Shown: positions 37,310-51,281 of the stretch, one piece after another
Numbering within the stretch: the stretch's first letter is position 1
How the letters are laid out: every line of letters begins with the position of its first letter
Assembly (NCBI GenBank): GCA_030390025.1
Contig: CM059432.1
Coordinates: 99,326,001 to 99,390,000, forward strand
Reading direction: 5' to 3'
Source: Squalus acanthias
Lineage: Eukaryota
Length of the DNA stretch: 64,000 nucleotides
Made by a program: the position numbers and the translations under genes
The notes under the pieces: model-generated
The model's input: the letters and a program-made list of their open reading frames with translations, nothing else
What the model was told of the DNA's origin: nothing
Database searches by the model: none

Positions 37310-40094
37310 ATTATATTTTTGGTTTTTAGATGTTCTTCTATTTTCTCCTTTAGTAGGAATTTCATTATCTTTCCTATCACAGATGTTAAGCTGACTGGTC
37401 TATAGTTCCCTGGACATGTTCTATCTCCCTTCTTAAATATAGCTATAACGTTAACTATCTTACAGTCTCAGGCACTATAGCTTTTTCTAACAAATTATTA
37501 AATATGTGTAATAGTGCCTCTGCTTTCTCTTCCCTCAATTCTTTTAAAATGGGTGGATGCAATCCATCCTGACCAGTGGTTTTATTCTCTTTGAGTTTGA
37601 TTAAATGCAGTTAAATCATTTCTAATCTCATCTTCCGATGTCATGTCCACCTGATCCGTCTCCCTGGTAAATACCGAAGCAAAATAATTATTTAATATTT
37701 CTGCCATTTCACGAGAGCTACCTGTGATTTTATCCTTTCCATCCGTTAGTGGCCCTATTCCCATCCCGACTTACCTTTTTTTATTTATGTGCTTGCAGAA
37801 TATTTTACTATTTTGTTTTATGTTCCTTGATAATTTAATTTCATAGTTCCTCTTTGCCATCCTAATTGTTATTTTGACTTCTTTCCTAATCTCTTCATAT
37901 TCTCCCTCGTCATGCTGTCCATGTGCTTAGTGTATGCCTCTTTCCTTACCCTCAATTTTTCCCTTATGTCTTTATTCATCCATGGTGTTTCATTAGTGTT
38001 TAGTTTGTTCTTGTTTTTTAGCGGAATATATTTTTTCTGGACTCGGTTGAACACTGTTTTAAATGTTCTTCTACATCATTGTTTGCTAATATTGTTGTCC
38101 ATTTTATTTTCCCAAGTTCTATTCTCAGCCCCTCAAAATCAGCTTTTCTCCTATCTATTACCCTAGTCTTTGTCATGCTTATGTCCTTCTCAATTATTAC
38201 CTTAAACCATATTATATTATGGTCACTATTGCCTTGATGTTCCCCTACTTTTACTTCTCGTATCTGCTCTGGTTCATTCCCCATTACTAGATCCAGTAGT
38301 GAATTCTCCCTTGTTGGGCTTCTTACATGCTGGGTTAGAAAGGAGTCCTGTACACATTGTAGGAACTCCATTCCCTTATCCCTGTGCTGGCCAATTAATT
38401 TTGGGATATTTGACATTTCCCAAGATTATTATTCTATGTTTTTTACTCATTTCCCTAATTTGTTTGCATATTTCTTCTTCCACCTCTCTTGCACTAGGTG
38501 GTCTTTCGACTCCCTCTATTAGCGTGATTGATCTTTTATTATCTTGTATCTATATCCACATGGATTCTATTTCTATCTTACTGATAGCTGCATCACTTTT
38601 ATCTACTGCCATTATGTTATCCTTAATAGGTGCATCTACTCCACCTTCCCTTTTTCCCTCTCTATATTTTTAAATAGGTTATACCCTGCAATGTTTAATT
38701 CCAAGTCCCTATTTTTCTGTAGCCATGTCTCAGTGATCCCTACTATATCTAATTCCTCGCAATTTATTATTGCCTCCAGCTCCCCTGTTTTATTATGGGC
38801 ACTGTATTGGAATTGCTGTACAGACAGTTTAATTCATTTTTAATAGCAGTTCCTCTCACTTTATATCATATTTTTACACTCCTGTTCTATAACTATTTAT
38901 TCCCTGGCCATTTATGTCCTCCCTTAGCTTAGTCTGTCCTATACTCTCCTTTCCTGTTTTGTTTATATTTAGGCTTGTTTCATTTCTTCAAGATCTCTAC
39001 CTCCTCCTCCCCCACCCCAGTCTTACTAGTACTAAGTTTCAGAATGACCATGGTTATATTTAAATGAACTAACCTCACTGTGAAAAATTAATGGTGAATA
39101 TCTATATCACATAGCCCATAACCCACATCATTGGAGCTCCAGCAAAGTGCACCAACATGCAGCTCATAATAAAGTTCCCGGCACCTTATGATCCCAAACA
39201 TGCCCTTGTACTCTGCATCTTTTAAATCAATTAGCTGATTTCAGGCGGTGTTAATCATCAGTAGCCTGGGTATAGATGAAGGTTGTGATGGTTAAATGCT
39301 AAGTTGGAGCTGTGCTTAATTTTTCCTGTCCCTTTAAGGCTACTGCTTTTCTGCTCACATTGGGAAAGTTACCTAAATAAGCAGACGCTGAGGTCAATTA
39401 GAGGTCAGTTGCTGTTGAAGGACAGTTCTGTGTATCGACAGCTGCTTATAAATTACTAGCCCTTGCCTTTTGGAAGAAGCCAGATATGAAGGTCAGGAGA
39501 AACTAGTCGGGAATGAGTGACTTTATTACCCTTTTGTTTACTTTTTTTTAAATTGTTTAGTTGCTGACTTATGGATATGACATTTGTGCAAGTATGACAC
39601 ATGGGGTGGAATTTTAAGGGCAAGAACGGGTGGTTTGGGAGCGGGTGGGGATTAAAATGATTGATTTTTTGAGCAGGAGCGCAATGCGGCTCCAATGTGC
39701 CCACTTCCGGGTTTAATGGAGGCATGTTTGGATGTCAGCGAGAAACCTACATGCCGAAGTTGGGGATTTAATAATTCGATACGGGCGGGCACTTATTGGC
39801 ACAATTAACGTCCTTAGGCGATGCTAATGAGGTATGTTTAAATTGTGTTTAACTTGGCTCCAACTTTAACTTGCGCAGGACGGGTTTCCCGGGGCTCGGG
39901 AAACTGACCAGGGAAACGGAGGCAAGTTTGAGCAGCAGTTCAGGTGGGCATTTAAACTTGTCATTGTCCCATCTGAATAAAAGCTCGCTTATTGCAGCTG
40001 GTGTCTCAGCTCCCCCTGGCAATTTTTTGGCAGAGAGTGCTTGTCTGGCTACAGCTTTTTTCAACCTTGGAAGATTTGAAATTGACAAGATCAG

Positions 40095-41392
40095 GATGAG
40101 AGGCATCTTGGTTGTGTTTGACAGCACATCAGAAGAGGAAGACCATCACCATCCATGGCAGCGACGACATACTGTGGTGTGATCAGCACATGCACAGGAG
40201 AGATGTGCACAGGAGGAAGGTGCACAGGAGGGAGGTGCACAGGAGGGGCACTGAGGTCACAGAGGCACTACCAACATAAAAGATTTACAGACAGAAGCTA
40301 AGCTTCCTTGATCTCTCAGAAGAGCAGTGCTTCAGCAGGCTGAGGTTGTCACATCAGGTGGTGGCAGACATCTGCAGCCTTCTACAGGAAGACCTGCTCC
40401 CTGCTGGACCTGGTGGCTACGCATTACCAGTGGCTGTGAAAGTGACCACCGCCCTCAAGTTTTTCGCTTCCAGATCCTGCAAGGGCGCTGCCGGAGACAT
40501 ATCCAGGGTCTCCCAGTTGGCTGCACATAAATGCATAAGGTAGGTCACTGATGGATTGTGTGCCAGGGCCGACAATTATATAAGCTTCCCCTGTGATGAC
40601 AATAGCCAGAATGAGTGGGCAATTGGCTTCGCATCTCTGGCTGGATTCCCAGAAGAGGGATGACGATGAAAGGGGACATGGAAATGGGAACTCAAAGCAT
40701 TCCCACTTTTCACCCATTGCCCCCCCTTAGTCAGTACCCGACACGTAGCCTGCAATCAACTGCACACACGTGGCAATCCGAGCATCGCCACAGTTATCAG
40801 GAGTGTTTATAAACCACAAGGGATATTGGCCCAGCAATGCGCAGCTGATGTGCAACCACATGCAGGTTCATGCAGATCTGCGTCAGATTCCCTGGGAGCT
40901 GTCATGATGCCTTCATACTAAGGCAGTCCAACATTCCAGGCCTTTTTGTTCCATGAATCAGACTTAATGGTTGGCTCGTAGGATACAAGGGACATGCCCC
41001 TTCAAATGTAGCTCATGACACTGTGAGGAACCCCACCAATGAGGCGCAGAAGCATGACAACGAGAGCCACATGACCACTAATTGTGTTATCGAGCAAGCC
41101 ACCAGAATGTTGAAGGTGCCTAGATAGATCTGGAGGAGCCCTTCAGTACTCATCAGCAAGGGTGTCCAGAATGATAGTCGTGTGCTTCGTCCTGCACAAC
41201 AGCAGAGAGGATTGCAGGTGGAGGAGGATGAAGGGGCTCATTACTCATCTTCAGATGAGGAGAACATAGAGGAGGAGGAAGTACAGGAGGAGGAGGAGGA
41301 GGAATAAGATGCGGCACCCACTGCCAGACCAGATGCTTACATTGCTGCCCAGCATGTCAGGGATGCCCTAATATCTCGAAGGTTTACCTAGT
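40095..41392 (+). pseudogene. HARBI1-like transposase, decayed
   Basis: [54 protein letters not shown] and an acidic tail; multiple stops and frameshifts. Confidence 0.8.
40191..40248. repeat. 15-bp tandem repeat x4 within the transposase N-terminal region
   Basis: TGCACAGGAG units start at 40191, 40206, 40221 and 40236. Confidence 0.85.
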
Positions 41393-41612
41393 GTAACAAG
41401 TAAGAAATAAAACTCTTGGTCCGCTCCCACCACTACCACCACTCCACCCCTCCCTTAGCATTAAACAGTCCTTAAACCATCCACCGATTGTGCATCCATC
41501 CAATGGGTCCTGTAATGTAATGACATTCATCATGAAACAAGTGAAAGGGCGAGTTGACACTTGGGACGCAATAATGGGCTAGACATGGAAGTGGTGCTAA
41601 TCAATAAATCTT

Positions 41613-42341
41613 GGCCTGGAATTTGTGGTTGTAATGATGGTGAAACTATCAGCAGTAAAACTGACAGCAACTGGCCTCTGCACATGCGCAGTTAAACGTG
41701 GAAATTGAGAAGTTGCTGTCAGTGATACTCTGCTCCTCCACAGGGTATGCTGTTGTAGACGTCGCAGATGCAATCAACACAGAATCAGTGATTTGACATG
41801 AAGTTCAACTTTTTACACACTATTCTCACTGTAAAAACCATTGCAAAAGCCTTGTTGAATGAAGTGTAACTGAGTTTTAATGGCGTACTAAGTAATAATT
41901 ACTGCTGAACAACCTCACAGGCCCTGACAAACTAATTTTACTAGTGTGGGGTGTCATTCCCTCAGAATAACATTTAAAAAATTGGATGATTTTTAAAATA
42001 ATTATAATTAATTTTTATTTTATTTTTTAAAATAATATATTTTGTCTTCTACTTTATTCCCATGAGAATGTTCCAAGTTTTATTTTGTTTTCTGTAAAAA
42101 GATTAAAAAGTGAATTATAAATCATGCTTTTTACTTCCTGTGAGAATTTTTCAGTCTGATTGGCTGATCAGCCTGTTTGATGACTTCACTGTTGCTGGAT
42201 GCCACAGATCCCCGATAGCTGGCACCAGATTCAAAGTCACGTCATAAAAGGAGAAATCGATGCTCCAGAGCCCATTAAATCCTTTTTTTTTAGATCAGTG
42301 GCGAATGTCGTTCCTTCGCCACTGACCGCAAAATCCGGGCT
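41613..42341. mobile_element. MITE nested between the convergent genes of Harbinger copy D
   Basis: TIRs GGCCTGGAATTTGTGGTT / GACCGCAAAATCCGGGCT with an AT-rich core. Confidence 0.7.
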
Positions 42342-44619
42342 ATTAATTTTATGTGTCATTATAAAAAAAGGATACTTAAAAACATAACATTTTGTCAAAC
42401 ATTCATATGCATAGCCTTCAGCAGAAGTAGAAGTAGAGGCAGGCTGCTCAGATCCCTGCCCAAACTCTTGAGATGCTTTTGGCCTACGCCCTCTAGGTTT
42501 TGGAGATCCTGAGGGCCCCGTCAAAGACTGCTCCACCTGCACTTGTGGAGGGGCAGACTCAGCCATCGGGAGACGAGGCTACGTGTCGGGTTCTGACTAA
42601 GGGGGGGCAATGGGTGAAAAGTGGGAAAGCTTTGAGTTCCCATTTCCATGTCCCCTTTCATCGTCATCCCTCTTCTGGGCCAGTGCCACATTAGTCCTAC
42701 CACTCTGCTGCATACCAGCTTGGTGGAGGTTAGTGACGCATTGTAAGGTCACAGATAAGGTATCTTTCATCCTGTTCAAGGAGGCAGACAAGTTAGCATC
42801 AAAAGTCTGCATGGCCATGGTCACGGCCTGCATGGACTCACATGATAGTCGTGTTTGAACCTCCATGAAGGAGTACTCTCCCCATGGACAACATTCTCGT
42901 AATCCCCTGCGCCACCAATCCACTAGCGATCGAGTTGGACTCCTCCATCCTCTCCACTATCGTAGAGTGTGCGTGACATGTCTGTCAGTAGCTGGCTAAG
43001 TTGCTGATACACCGCTATTATTCTTATTCTCGACAATAGAACCCAGGGTTCAGCATCTGTGTCCAGCTCAGCAGAGCTTGGAGAGCATTTCATGCCCTGA
43101 TGCGGAATCTCCACAGCTGTCCCTGCCACTAGTGTCTGCTCGTGTTCACTTGTGAAGTGTGAATCACCAGGTGAAAACCCAACTAACTGGGGAAAAGTAT
43201 ATCCTTCCTGCTCCTGACTGCACCCAGCAGTAATTCCAGCGAGGCATCATTGCTCTGTGTCCACCATCCATCCTGAACACCTCCAATTTCCCTTTAAATA
43301 CAGCAGAGTTTGCGTCATGTGGGTGTGCATCACGCCCGCTGTGCAGCTTGGAGACGCAAAACTGGGATGTCAAAATTAATTGGTACAATTCAGTTTAGAT
43401 CGCAGATTCCAACCCGCTCAGTTGACTTCTGGGTTTCCCCACGCAATTCCACCCCCTCGCTCGAAAGCTGGCTTCAGATTAATATTGAGGCCTACTTTTC
43501 TTGTGTGACATAGTGTGATGTTATCATGCTTCGAATTGTGATGGATGTACATGAGACGCAAAATTTTTAAATGTATAGATTTTAGAGCCAACTCCTCATT
43601 AGATATCAGGGGAAGATTTTCTTAGTCCACACTGGTGGTTGGCCATTTTCAGATATGTGCTGGTAATGTGTGAGGCACCTTCTTATGGGTGTTGACACAC
43701 TTATGCTGTGACCCTTTCTAACTTCCATGCTTTTGAAACTATTGTAATAGCCTGCAAAAGGTACTATTTTAAACTTTGTGCTGCCATTTGTATTAAAGTT
43801 TATTTTTTTTTAAATTTCGCACACTTAAGTAACAGTATTTATCTACCTCCCTGCAACAGCAAAAGCTATGCTTCTTTTCCCACTCCTGTAAAAGCTGTGC
43901 CATCATTGCAGCAGTATTTATCTCCTCAGTAGATTGAAGAACTGCCATTTTCTAGTTTTAAAAGATGCTCCTCTAAATCTCCTATGATTCACAAGTTGTC
44001 CATTTCAGTTCATGAGATGTCCCTTTAGAAGTTGCTTGCTGTAAATGTTAGTTCATGAGTCACCTTTTAAAGTGTTAATGAAATCTCTGTTAAAAAAGAG
44101 TTGCTGCCGTTACTGTGAGTTAATGAGTTGGCCCTTCCAAATGTTTCCTGCCAGGGAGTGATCAGTGTTGTTGGGCTTAATAAAAGGTTAAAACGGTGAA
44201 TCTGGAAGGTGCAGGCAGCAATAGATCATCTCAGTTAGGCACAATTATTAAAGCTGCTGCGTCTTCTCCTGTTCCAGCAGAGCTCAAAAAATCTCCAGTG
44301 AAAGACATGCATTGTCTTCTCCAGTGACTGTCAGTTTGTCAACATTACCCATGTCTTTTGTGTCTATTTGCAACACCACAGGAGACTGATTGGTACATCA
44401 CGTACTTTTATGGGTATCTGATTAATACAGGAAAGCCCAAAGTATTGTTTTGAAAAAGCCACCTTCATTAACACATGGGTCTTGATATTAACAGGAGGGC
44501 AGGCCGGGTTAGAGCGGTGGGGGCAGAGCAGGGGGAGCACGGTTAAAATCGGGGCCCATTGTAAGCCTCCAAAGAGACACAGGCCGTGAAATTCAGAGGT
44601 CTAGCTCCGGCCTCAAAGC

Positions 44620-45440
44620 CACGTGTGCACTCCTCCTGCTATTCTGGCAATGCCACATGTTCAGAGGGAAGACAATGAAGTCCCTTCCCCGGAGTACAGA
44701 GCCTCTGTAACCTCCCGGAGGCAGCGACGGATGGCGAACTGGAAGATATTAGCTATGTCTCCTGCTGCAGACTGGAAGGATCTGTTGGTGAAAAGTTGAG
44801 GGCCACGGTGACTTTAAGGGCCACTGGGAGAGCTGTGGTCACCCTGCTCTGAGGCTGCAGGTCTGGTTGCAGGAGGTGGCAGAGTTCTGTGACCACCTCC
44901 TTGGTGAAGTGGAGTGTCCTTATTCCCTGCTCCTGGCTTAAGTGCAGGTAGGAGAAGTGCTCGAGGAAGACCCTAATTGGGTAAGGCTTCCTGCTGAGAG
45001 CCCTCCTGCCCCTCCTCCTCCACCCTCTGTGAGCATCTTGTCCTCTTCTTCACTGCCTCCGCCCCATCTCCCTGTCATACTCGAGCGTGAGGGGGACTGC
45101 AAGTAGAGCCCCCATGACTGGGAGCAAGTAGTGTGAGCAGAAACATTTAAATGAGAAGCAATTCCTTCTCCATTTACATCAACACTCCCTGTTACCTCAC
45201 AACTTTAAACAACTTTAGAAAGCTCCAAACAGTTGCACAAACTTACACAGAGCCAGTAGAAATCAAAAAGCAGTCAACTGCAAGTTGTTGATGATCCCTT
45301 TAAATAGCGCTGGTGGGGGATCCTTCCTGCTGCTGAACGCATGGTCAGCTGGTCTTGATTATGAGAGGGCGACATTGAAAATGGCAGATCGTGTGTCAAA
45401 TCAGCGTTGCACACTCATTGATGTCATGATCAACTAGATA
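44620..45440 (-). mobile_element. Harbinger fragment with transposase N-terminal half (ATG 45115)
   Basis: MGALLAVPL...RALSRKPYP..FTKEVVTELCHLLQPDLQP..ALPVALKVTVALNF; homologous to 62636-63650. Confidence 0.8.
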
Positions 45441-45510
45441 TCTGGAGTGAGTGCAGGCAATTGCATTTATATACTGCCTTTCACGACCTCATGACGTCCC
45501 AAATCGCTTC

Positions 45511-48500
45511 ATTTATTTTTTTATTCATTCTTTGGATGTGGGCGTCACTGGCAAGGCCAGCATTTATTGCCCATCTCTAATTGCCCTTGAGAAGGTGGTG
45601 GTGATCCGCCTTCTTGAACCACTGCAGTCCATGTGGTGAAGGTACTCCCATAGTGCTTTTAAGGAGGGAGTTCCAGGATGTAGACCCAGCGACGATGAAG
45701 GTACGGCGATTTATTCCCAAGTCAGGCTGGTGTGTGACTTGGAGGGGAACTTGCAGGTCATGGTGTTCCCATGTGCCTGCTGCCCTTGTCCTTCTAGGTG
45801 GTAGACATCATGGGTGGAGCTGCTGTTGAAGAAGCCTTGGCGAGTTGCTGCACTGTATTTGTAGATGGTACATACTGCAGCCATGGTGCGCCGGTGGTGG
45901 AGGGAGTGAATATTTAAGGTGATGGATGGGGTGCCAATCATGCGGGCTGCTTTGTCCTGGATGGTGTTGAGCTTCTTGAGTGTTGTTGGAGCTGCACTCA
46001 TCCAGGCAAGTGGAGAGTATTCCATCACACTCCTGACTTGTGCCTTGTAGATATTGGAAAGGCTTTGGGGAATGAGGAGGTGAGACACTCGCCGCAGAAT
46101 ACCCAGCCTCTGACCTGCTCTTGTAGCTACAGTCTTTATGTAGCTGGTCCAGTTAAGTATCTGGTCAATGGTGATGCCCAAGATGTTGATGGTGAGGGAT
46201 TTGGTGATGGTAAAACCGTTGAATGTCAAGGGGCAGTGGTTAGATTCTCTCTTGTTGGAGATAGTCATTTCCTGGCACTTGTGTGGCGCGAATGTTACCT
46301 GCCACTTATCAGCCCAAGCGTGAATGTCGAACAGTTGTTGCGACATGTGGGCATGGACTGCTTCATTATCTGAAGAGTTGCGAATGGAACTGAACACTGT
46401 GCAATCATCAGCAAACATCCCCACTTCTGACCTTATGATGGAGGGAAGGTCATTGATGAAGCAGCTGAAGATGGTTGGGCCTAGGACACTGCCCTGAGGA
46501 ACTCCTGCAGCGATGTCCTGGGAATTAGATGATTGACCTCCAAAACCACAACCATCTTCCTTTGTGCTAGGTATGACGTCAGCCAGTGAAGAGTTTTCCC
46601 CCTGATTCCCATTGACTTCAATTTTACTAGGGCTTCTTGATGCTACACTCGGTCAAATGCTGCCTTGATGTCAAGGGCAGTCACTCTCACCTAACCTCTG
46701 GAATTCAGCTCTTTTGTCCACGTTTGGACCAAGGCTGTAATGAGGTCTGGAGCCGAGTGGTCCTGGCGGAACCCAAACTGAACATCGGTGAGCAGGTTAT
46801 TGGTGAGTTAGTGCCGCTTGATAGCACTGTCGATGACACCTTCCATCACTTTGCTGCTGATTGAGAGTAGGCTGTTGGGGCGGTAATTGGCCGGATTGGA
46901 TTTGTCCTGTTTTTTGTGGACAAGACATACCTGGGCAGTTTTCCACATTGTTGGGTAGATGCCAGTGTTGCAGCTGTACTGGAACAGCTTGGCAAAGGCA
47001 TGCCTAGTTCTGGAGCACAAGTCTTCAGTACGACAGCCGGGATGTTGTCGGGGCCCATAGCCTTTGCTGTATCCAGTGGGCCCAGCCGTTTCTTGATATC
47101 ACGTGGAGTGAATCAAATTGGCTGAAGACTGGCTTCTGTGATGGTGGGGACCTCAGGAGGAGGGCAAGATGGATCATTCACTTGGCACTTCTGACTGAAG
47201 ATGGTTGCAAACGCTTCAGCCTTGTCTTTTGCATTTGTGTGCTGGGCTCTGGCATCATTGAAGAGGGGGATGTTCATGGAGCCTCTTCCTCCCGTTAGTT
47301 AACTTTCCACCACCATTCACGACTGGATGTGGCAGGATTACAGAGCTTTGATCTGATCCGTTGGTCGTGGGATCGCTTAGCTCAATATAGCATGCTGCTT
47401 CCACTGTTTAGCATGCATGTAGTCCTAAGTTGCAGCTTCCCCAGGTTGTCACCTCATTTTTAGGTACACCTGGTGCTGCTCCTGCCATGCCCTTCTACCC
47501 TCTTCATTGAATCAGGGTTAGTGCCCTGGCTTGTTGGTGATGGTAGATTGAGGGATATGCTGGGCCATGAGGTTACAGATTGTGGTGGAATACAGTTCTG
47601 CTGCTGCTGCTGCTGATGGCCCACAGCGCCTCATGGATGCCCAGTTTTGAGCTGCTAGATCTGTTCTGAATCTATCCCATTTAGCACGGTGGTAGTGCCA
47701 CACAACACGATGGGGGCGGGGGGTAGGGGGGTGGGGGTGTCCTCAGTGTGAAGATGGGACTTCATCTCCACAAGGATTATGTGGTGGTCACTGCTACCAA
47801 TACAGGCATAGATATCTGCAACTGGTAGATTGGTGACGACGAGGTCAAGTAATTTTTCCCTCGTGTTGGTTCTCTCACCACTTGCTGCAGTCCCAGTCTG
47901 CAGCTATGGCCTTCAGGACTCGGCCAGCTCGGTCAGTAGTGGTGCTACCGAGCCACTCTTGGTGATGGACATTGAAGTCTCCCACCCGCAGTACATTTTG
48001 TGCCCTTGCTACCCTCAGTGCTTCTTCCAAGTGGTGTTCAACATGGTGGAGTACTGATTCATCAGCTGAGGGACAGCGGTAGGTGGTAATCAGCAGAAGG
48101 TTTCCTTGCCTATGCTTGACCTGAAGCCATGAGACTTCATGGGGTCTGGAGTCAATGTTGAGGACTCCAGGGCCACTCCCTCCTGAGGTGTACCACTGTT
48201 CTGCTACCTTTGGTGGGTCTATCCTGCCGGTGGTATGGGACATACCCAGGGATGGTGATGGAGGATTCTGGGACATTGGCTGAAAGTTATGATTCTGTGA
48301 GTATGACTATGTCAGGCTGTTGCTTGACTAGTCTGTGGGACAGCTCTCCCTATTTTGGCACAAGTCCCCAGATATTAGCGAGGAGGACTTTACAGGGTCA
48401 ACTGGGCTTGATGTGCCTTTGTCGTGTCCGAAGCCAGTGCCTAGTTCAAATCCGGGCGGCCCGTCCAGTTTTATTCTTATTATTGTTTCTTATGGCATTT

Positions 48501-48807
48501 TGGTACGACTGAGTGCTTGCGAGGCCATTTCAGAGGGCAGTTAAGAGTCAATCACATTGCTGTGGGTCTGGAGTCATATCGGCCAGACCAGGTAAGGATG
48601 GCAGATTTCCTTCCCTAAAGGGCATTAGTGAACCAGATGGGTTTTTACAACAATCATCGTCACCATTACTAATACTAGCTTTTTAACTGAATTTAAATTC
48701 CCCAGCTGCCATGGTGGGATTTAAACTCACGTCTACCGGATCATTAATCATTAATCTAGGCCTCTGGATTACTATTCCAGTAACATAACCACTATGCTAC
48801 TGTGCCC
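45511..48807 (-). mobile_element. Zenon-like CR1-group LINE, copy 2, near full length with tRNA-like 5' head
   Basis: Colinear with 28001-31030; MFADDC, WQVTFAPHKCQ and VGDFNVHHQEWLGS; head at ~48700-48807. Adjoins a SacSINE tail remnant (45459-45510). Confidence 0.9.
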
Positions 48808-48949
48808 TCAGTGCTTCTTCCAAGTGGTCTTTTACATGGAGGAGTACTGATTCATCAGCTGATGGAGGGCACTAGGTGGTTGGAGGAATTTGAACTCATG
48901 TCTCTGGATCATTAGTCCAGGCCTCTGAATTACTAGTCCAGTAGCATCA

Positions 48950-50616
48950 GGGGAATTTTTCAGGGGGGTCAGCGGGCGCATTTGGTGGCGGGTCAGGTGG
49001 GAAATAAAAATTTTTGACAGCGGGTCGAGACCCTACTGTCAACCCACCAGCACGCGCCTTTCCCAAACGTCGGGCCTGTCAACGTTGAACAGACCCAACA
49101 CGCAGCGGTGGGGGAGGCAATTCAGGTCACTATGACTTTGTTAACAGCCCATTAAGACGTATTTTGAGCTCATCTTTACATTTTATGAGGTTGCCCACGG
49201 GGTCCACGTTGCTTGGGGATCACATCAGGTAAGCAGGTCGGGAGTTGTATCACCATGGCATCATCTCATTACTTGACAGCTGAAACTGTGCAATAAAAGC
49301 TCGCATCTCACAGCTGTTAACTTTCCAAGCTCAGAAGCTGTTGCTTACTGCATTTGGAAGACAGATTGAGCTGTATGCAGGTTGCAAGTGTTTGGAGTAA
49401 ACTCTCTATCCAGTGTCACCTCATTGGAACAACCTCTCTCACCATTGATGGATCGCTTCTGTCATCTCAACTTCACCTGCCATCTATTACATCAGCATCA
49501 GTGCCCTTGAAACTATCTCACATTGGTCCTCAGAATCCCACCACGATCAGCCCAAATACGAGCAGCACCAGGCACATCAGCAGCACCAACAACAACAGCC
49601 AGCTTCTCCGCAATCACCTGATGCTGCACAGGACACAGGGCATCAGCACCCGACAACATTGCTGCCCGGGACGCCAAGGATGGCCTCACCAGAGCCAGAT
49701 TTACTTCACTTGATGCTGTACACCCTGGCTGCCACATGATGCACCAGGTTGGCACCAACCCACAGCAACACCATAAAGCATCCCTACAATGCCCAAGCCA
49801 TTCCTTTCACACTCATCACCATTGTGGGGGGCAACGTTATGTCTCACCAGTCACTGCAACTCACTAAGCCAATTTCAAAGGTGCACACAGATCTGTCAAA
49901 GAACGCAAAGTGTTGAAAATAAAGGTTTCAATGTTTGACACCACATTAACAGAAACTTCACATGAACATTGACTAAAACACCCAAGTGGCTACCCTTGTG
50001 TGTTGTTAGTTGGTATGATTGGAGTAGGATAAGGGTGAGTGTGAGGGGTGGCTAGTGAGATGGGGAAGTGATAATGTAGATAGAGAGGGATGGGTGGAGG
50101 TGCAAGGTAAGTTGGTGTGAGTAAAGATGTGCAGGAGTAGGGTAGGGAAGGCAGAGTGATGGGGATGTGATGAGTGGCACATCAGGATGAGGTTGAGTGT
50201 GGCTTTGCAGTAACGTTTCGTGATCTACTGTGATCATTGAAAGGTTTGCGCCACTGCAGCCTGGTCCTCCTGACAACATCCCTCCTGTGCAATGTGCAAC
50301 CAGGCTGCATTGGTCTCCTGGGGAGGTCTCTTCCGTCCATTGGAAGGGAAGAGAACCGTCCCTGTGCGCTGTGACTCCCTCCATAAGCATATGTCAAAAT
50401 CAATTTGCGCATGGTCCCTTTAAGGAAATCGGCTGATGATGCGTCATCAAATGACGTCATCAGACCCACTTCCTCTAATTGGACTGGCAAACACACTTGG
50501 TGGGCTTAACAAGCTCAATCAGGGGAAAGTCATTTTGGACAACGGGCTGGAGCCAACAGTGGGGTCGGGACCCGCCCCCGACGTTGCCTGCCACAGACCC
50601 GCCGAAATTGTGGTCT
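48950..50616. mobile_element. Non-autonomous Harbinger derivative (second copy of 12846-14752)
   Basis: Long colinear similarity (e.g. 49360-50390 vs 13380-14420); TIRs decayed. Confidence 0.85.
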
Positions 50617-51281
50617 TAACTACTACACCCCCGTTCCTCTGGGAGGAGAGTTGTTGATGTGCTCCTAAAAATGATCTAAATATTAAGATGCATAAAAAAG
50701 CTTGCTATAGGAAAACATTCCTTGTTGATTTTACTGACTTTATTTGACTGGACATGGTTTTTAGTTGTATTGTTCGCTGGCTTGCACGAACACTCTATAA
50801 CTTTAACCTTGAACTCATTTTAAACTGGATGGCATCATCAGTTGAGTTTTTTTTCTGCAGAGTTTTAAAAACTTAAAAGTTAAAGGACTTTAAAGGTTAT
50901 CCATGTTATTCCAGACCTAGGTCTACACTGCTAAATTGAGAAACCATTCCTGAGTGCAGAAGAGTGATTTGCCTATATGGAAATACGGGGCTGAACTGAC
51001 GTAATACTTTCAGGGGGTTATTTTGGCCATTGAGTGAAAACAGACGTTAAATGGGTGCTGGGCTATTAAGAAACGCCTGTTCGAATGTCCGGATTTAGCG
51101 CACAATTTTCAGATTAATTGATGATTATTATGATTTAAATGTGCCTGCAGGCACTGAAACTGACAACTGCAGGTTTAGCACTCAAGTGCTGATTAGATGC
51201 AATTTTTCTGGAGCTGTATATGTAGCTTGCACCCACCAACTTCCACTGAAGGTGTGGAGTGTGATGGCTGGGAGTGGACGG

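Larger units (their letters stand above)
31399..38810 (-). mobile_element. Older CR1 ORF2 (EN+RT) broken into three pieces (31399-32127, ~36690-36811, 37310-38810) by nested DNA transposons
   Basis: Colinear motifs across the pieces: [29 protein letters not shown] cut at 32127, QHGFQKGKSCLTNL, LLDLVMGNE/GNSDHN and DIVGITETW. Confidence 0.85.
39603..43492 (+). mobile_element. PIF/Harbinger transposon, copy D (different family, decayed)
   Basis: Degenerate TIRs GGGGTGGAATTTTAA / TTAATATTGAGGCC; transposase remnant on +; Myb-like remnants on - (~42400-43270, exon 1 fused to exon 3 by deletion). Confidence 0.75.
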
